The notes beneath the pieces are model-generated. The model saw only the letters and a program-made list of their open reading frames with translations. It made no database searches and was not told where the DNA came from. From NCBI GenBank assembly GCA_041946755.1, contig JBHGBB010000001.1:1-55311 (forward strand): a DNA stretch of 55,311 nucleotides. Reading direction: 5' to 3'. The stretch is from a bacterium (GTDB taxonomy: Bacteria; UBP4; UBA4092; JAOAEQ01). This document shows, in pieces, positions 54,320 to 55,311 of the stretch (within the stretch, counting starts at the first letter, position 1; every line of letters starts with the position of its first letter). The translations under genes and the position numbers were made by a program.

Positions 54320-55114
54320 TTAATACGGTAACTGCGAACCATTATCTTGCGGTTTGAACTGTTTCATTGCCATGGTTAGATAGATGACATAAACCGCAAT
54401 ATAAATCAAGATAATTAATGAATTCGGGCGCCCGACCAGCGAATAGATAATATCCAGGATAATCGGGGCAGTTAAAGCATAGATGCCGATTTTTAATAAT
54501 TGCGGATATTTCAGGTTGGTTTTCATGGAATTATTTAAACTTAAGGTAAACAAACTGAACAATATGATTTGGAACCATTTCGCGAATAATAAATAGAAAT
54601 AGGTTCCGATCGGTAAGATTATCCAGATGATCGTTTGCCCGATTTTCGACCATCGGGTAATCGAATCTTTATTCACCGTGACATTCGGGAATTGGGATAA
54701 TTCATATTGTTGAGTTCGCAATTCGTCCTGTTTCATAATCAATTTCGTTTGGGTTAATAGCGCGCCGGCTTTATAAATGGTATCAATCGAAGTATACTGG
54801 CCGGTAGTATCAATCAGGAAAATGAAATTTTCATCTTTCCAAACAGTGAATGGCTGCGGAACATCAACCTGCGTTTTCCCATCAACGATTCTTATTTCCG
54901 GCACATTTTTTATCTCCCAGTTTTTCACGATATCGATAACCTTATTGACTCTAATAATGTTTCCGATTGACATCAGCACCGCAGCGATGAGCAAAATCAG
55001 AAATATATAGAGTAATGCTTTTTTCATCGGCTGAACAGCAACTTCTTTATAGAACTGAAAATCGGTGCAACTTTGCGGGATCGAAGCGAAAAACCCTTTC
55101 GGTTCAGTATCCAT
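54320..55114 (-). CDS. DUF1189-like polytopic membrane protein
   Basis: FFASIPQSCTDFQFYKEVAVQPMKKALLYIFLILLI N-terminus followed by a soluble loop and 4-5 C-terminal TM segments. Recognised by eye. Confidence 0.45.
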   Translation of the reverse strand: MDTEPKGFFASIPQSCTDFQFYKEVAVQPMKKALLYIFLILLIAAVLMSIGNIIRVNKVIDIVKNWEIKNVPEIRIVDGKTQVDVPQPFTVWKDENFIFLIDTTGQYTSIDTIYKAGALLTQTKLIMKQDELRTQQYELSQFPNVTVNKDSITRWSKIGQTIIWIILPIGTYFYLLFAKWFQIILFSLFTLSLNNSMKTNLKYPQLLKIGIYALTAPIILDIIYSLVGRPNSLIILIYIAVYVIYLTMAMKQFKPQDNGSQLPY

Positions 55115-55281
55115 AGTATACTCCTCTAGTGTTATTTTAAGTAACGGTCAGATGGGTATCTTTTCTTTATATTGCGGGTATCATTATATCATAGGCTATA
55201 ATCGCACCTCTAGATTCTATTTCCTTCCCGGAACAACCCTATTCTTATCTCTCCTCCATAATTCTTTTCCACCGGAGTTGC

Positions 55282-55307
55282 ACCGAACGAGATCGATCTC
55301 GTTCGGT
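55282..55307. repeat. perfect 26-nt palindrome at the window edge
   Basis: ACCGAACGAGATC|GATCTCGTTCGGT. Confidence 0.9.
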
Positions 55308-55311
55308 ACAA

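Overview
A 55.3-kb chromosomal window from an AT-leaning, probably uncultivated diderm bacterium (lptB and LPS/polysaccharide export genes are present; standard genetic code). I called about 55 protein genes, one tRNA-Leu(CAG) and an smpB-ssrA (tmRNA) pair. I saw no rRNA, CRISPR array, transposase, integrase or reverse transcriptase. Housekeeping blocks: truncated wzt; yggT and an oxidoreductase; smpB-ssrA; mrdA (PBP2); argD-argF; a GAF histidine kinase; trpB2-ccdA-ald; gpmI-hprK-hpf-lptB; wzm; aroB-aroQ; and a wzx flippase with three GT4 glycosyltransferases. The region from about 21.2 to 38.8 kb is accessory. It holds an AIPR-type abortive-infection gene next to a Bro-N/DinD-like gene and a small membrane zinc-ribbon protein. 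These are followed by a co-directional string of small enzyme genes (LarA-like, PNPOx-like, two methyltransferases, two GNATs, DUF900 and alpha/beta hydrolases, GH172/DUF2961) and AT-rich orphan ORFs. A HepT/MntA toxin-antitoxin pair lies at 53.6-54.3 kb. The most unusual property is non-coding: almost every intergenic spacer carries imperfect palindromic elements from several unrelated sequence families. These include CACGAAA arrays, AGTCCTAAG arrays, CGAATATCGAA arrays, CACAGAG arrays, GTAG-GGGCGA REP doublets and CCGAATTGGTC palindromes. They share one architecture (tandem 7-9-mers, a loop, then the inverse tandem) and usually abut stop codons. Other non-coding items are a 138-bp terminator module present twice with a fully compensated stem swap, a 3 x 33-bp tandem repeat, an 0.8-kb gene-free repeat cluster, a promoter-to-terminator mini-gene for a lysine-rich peptide, a hairpin-plus-U leader in front of trpB2, and a heptanucleotide repeat inside a glycosyltransferase. 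All functional calls rest on motif recognition by eye. No database search was possible.
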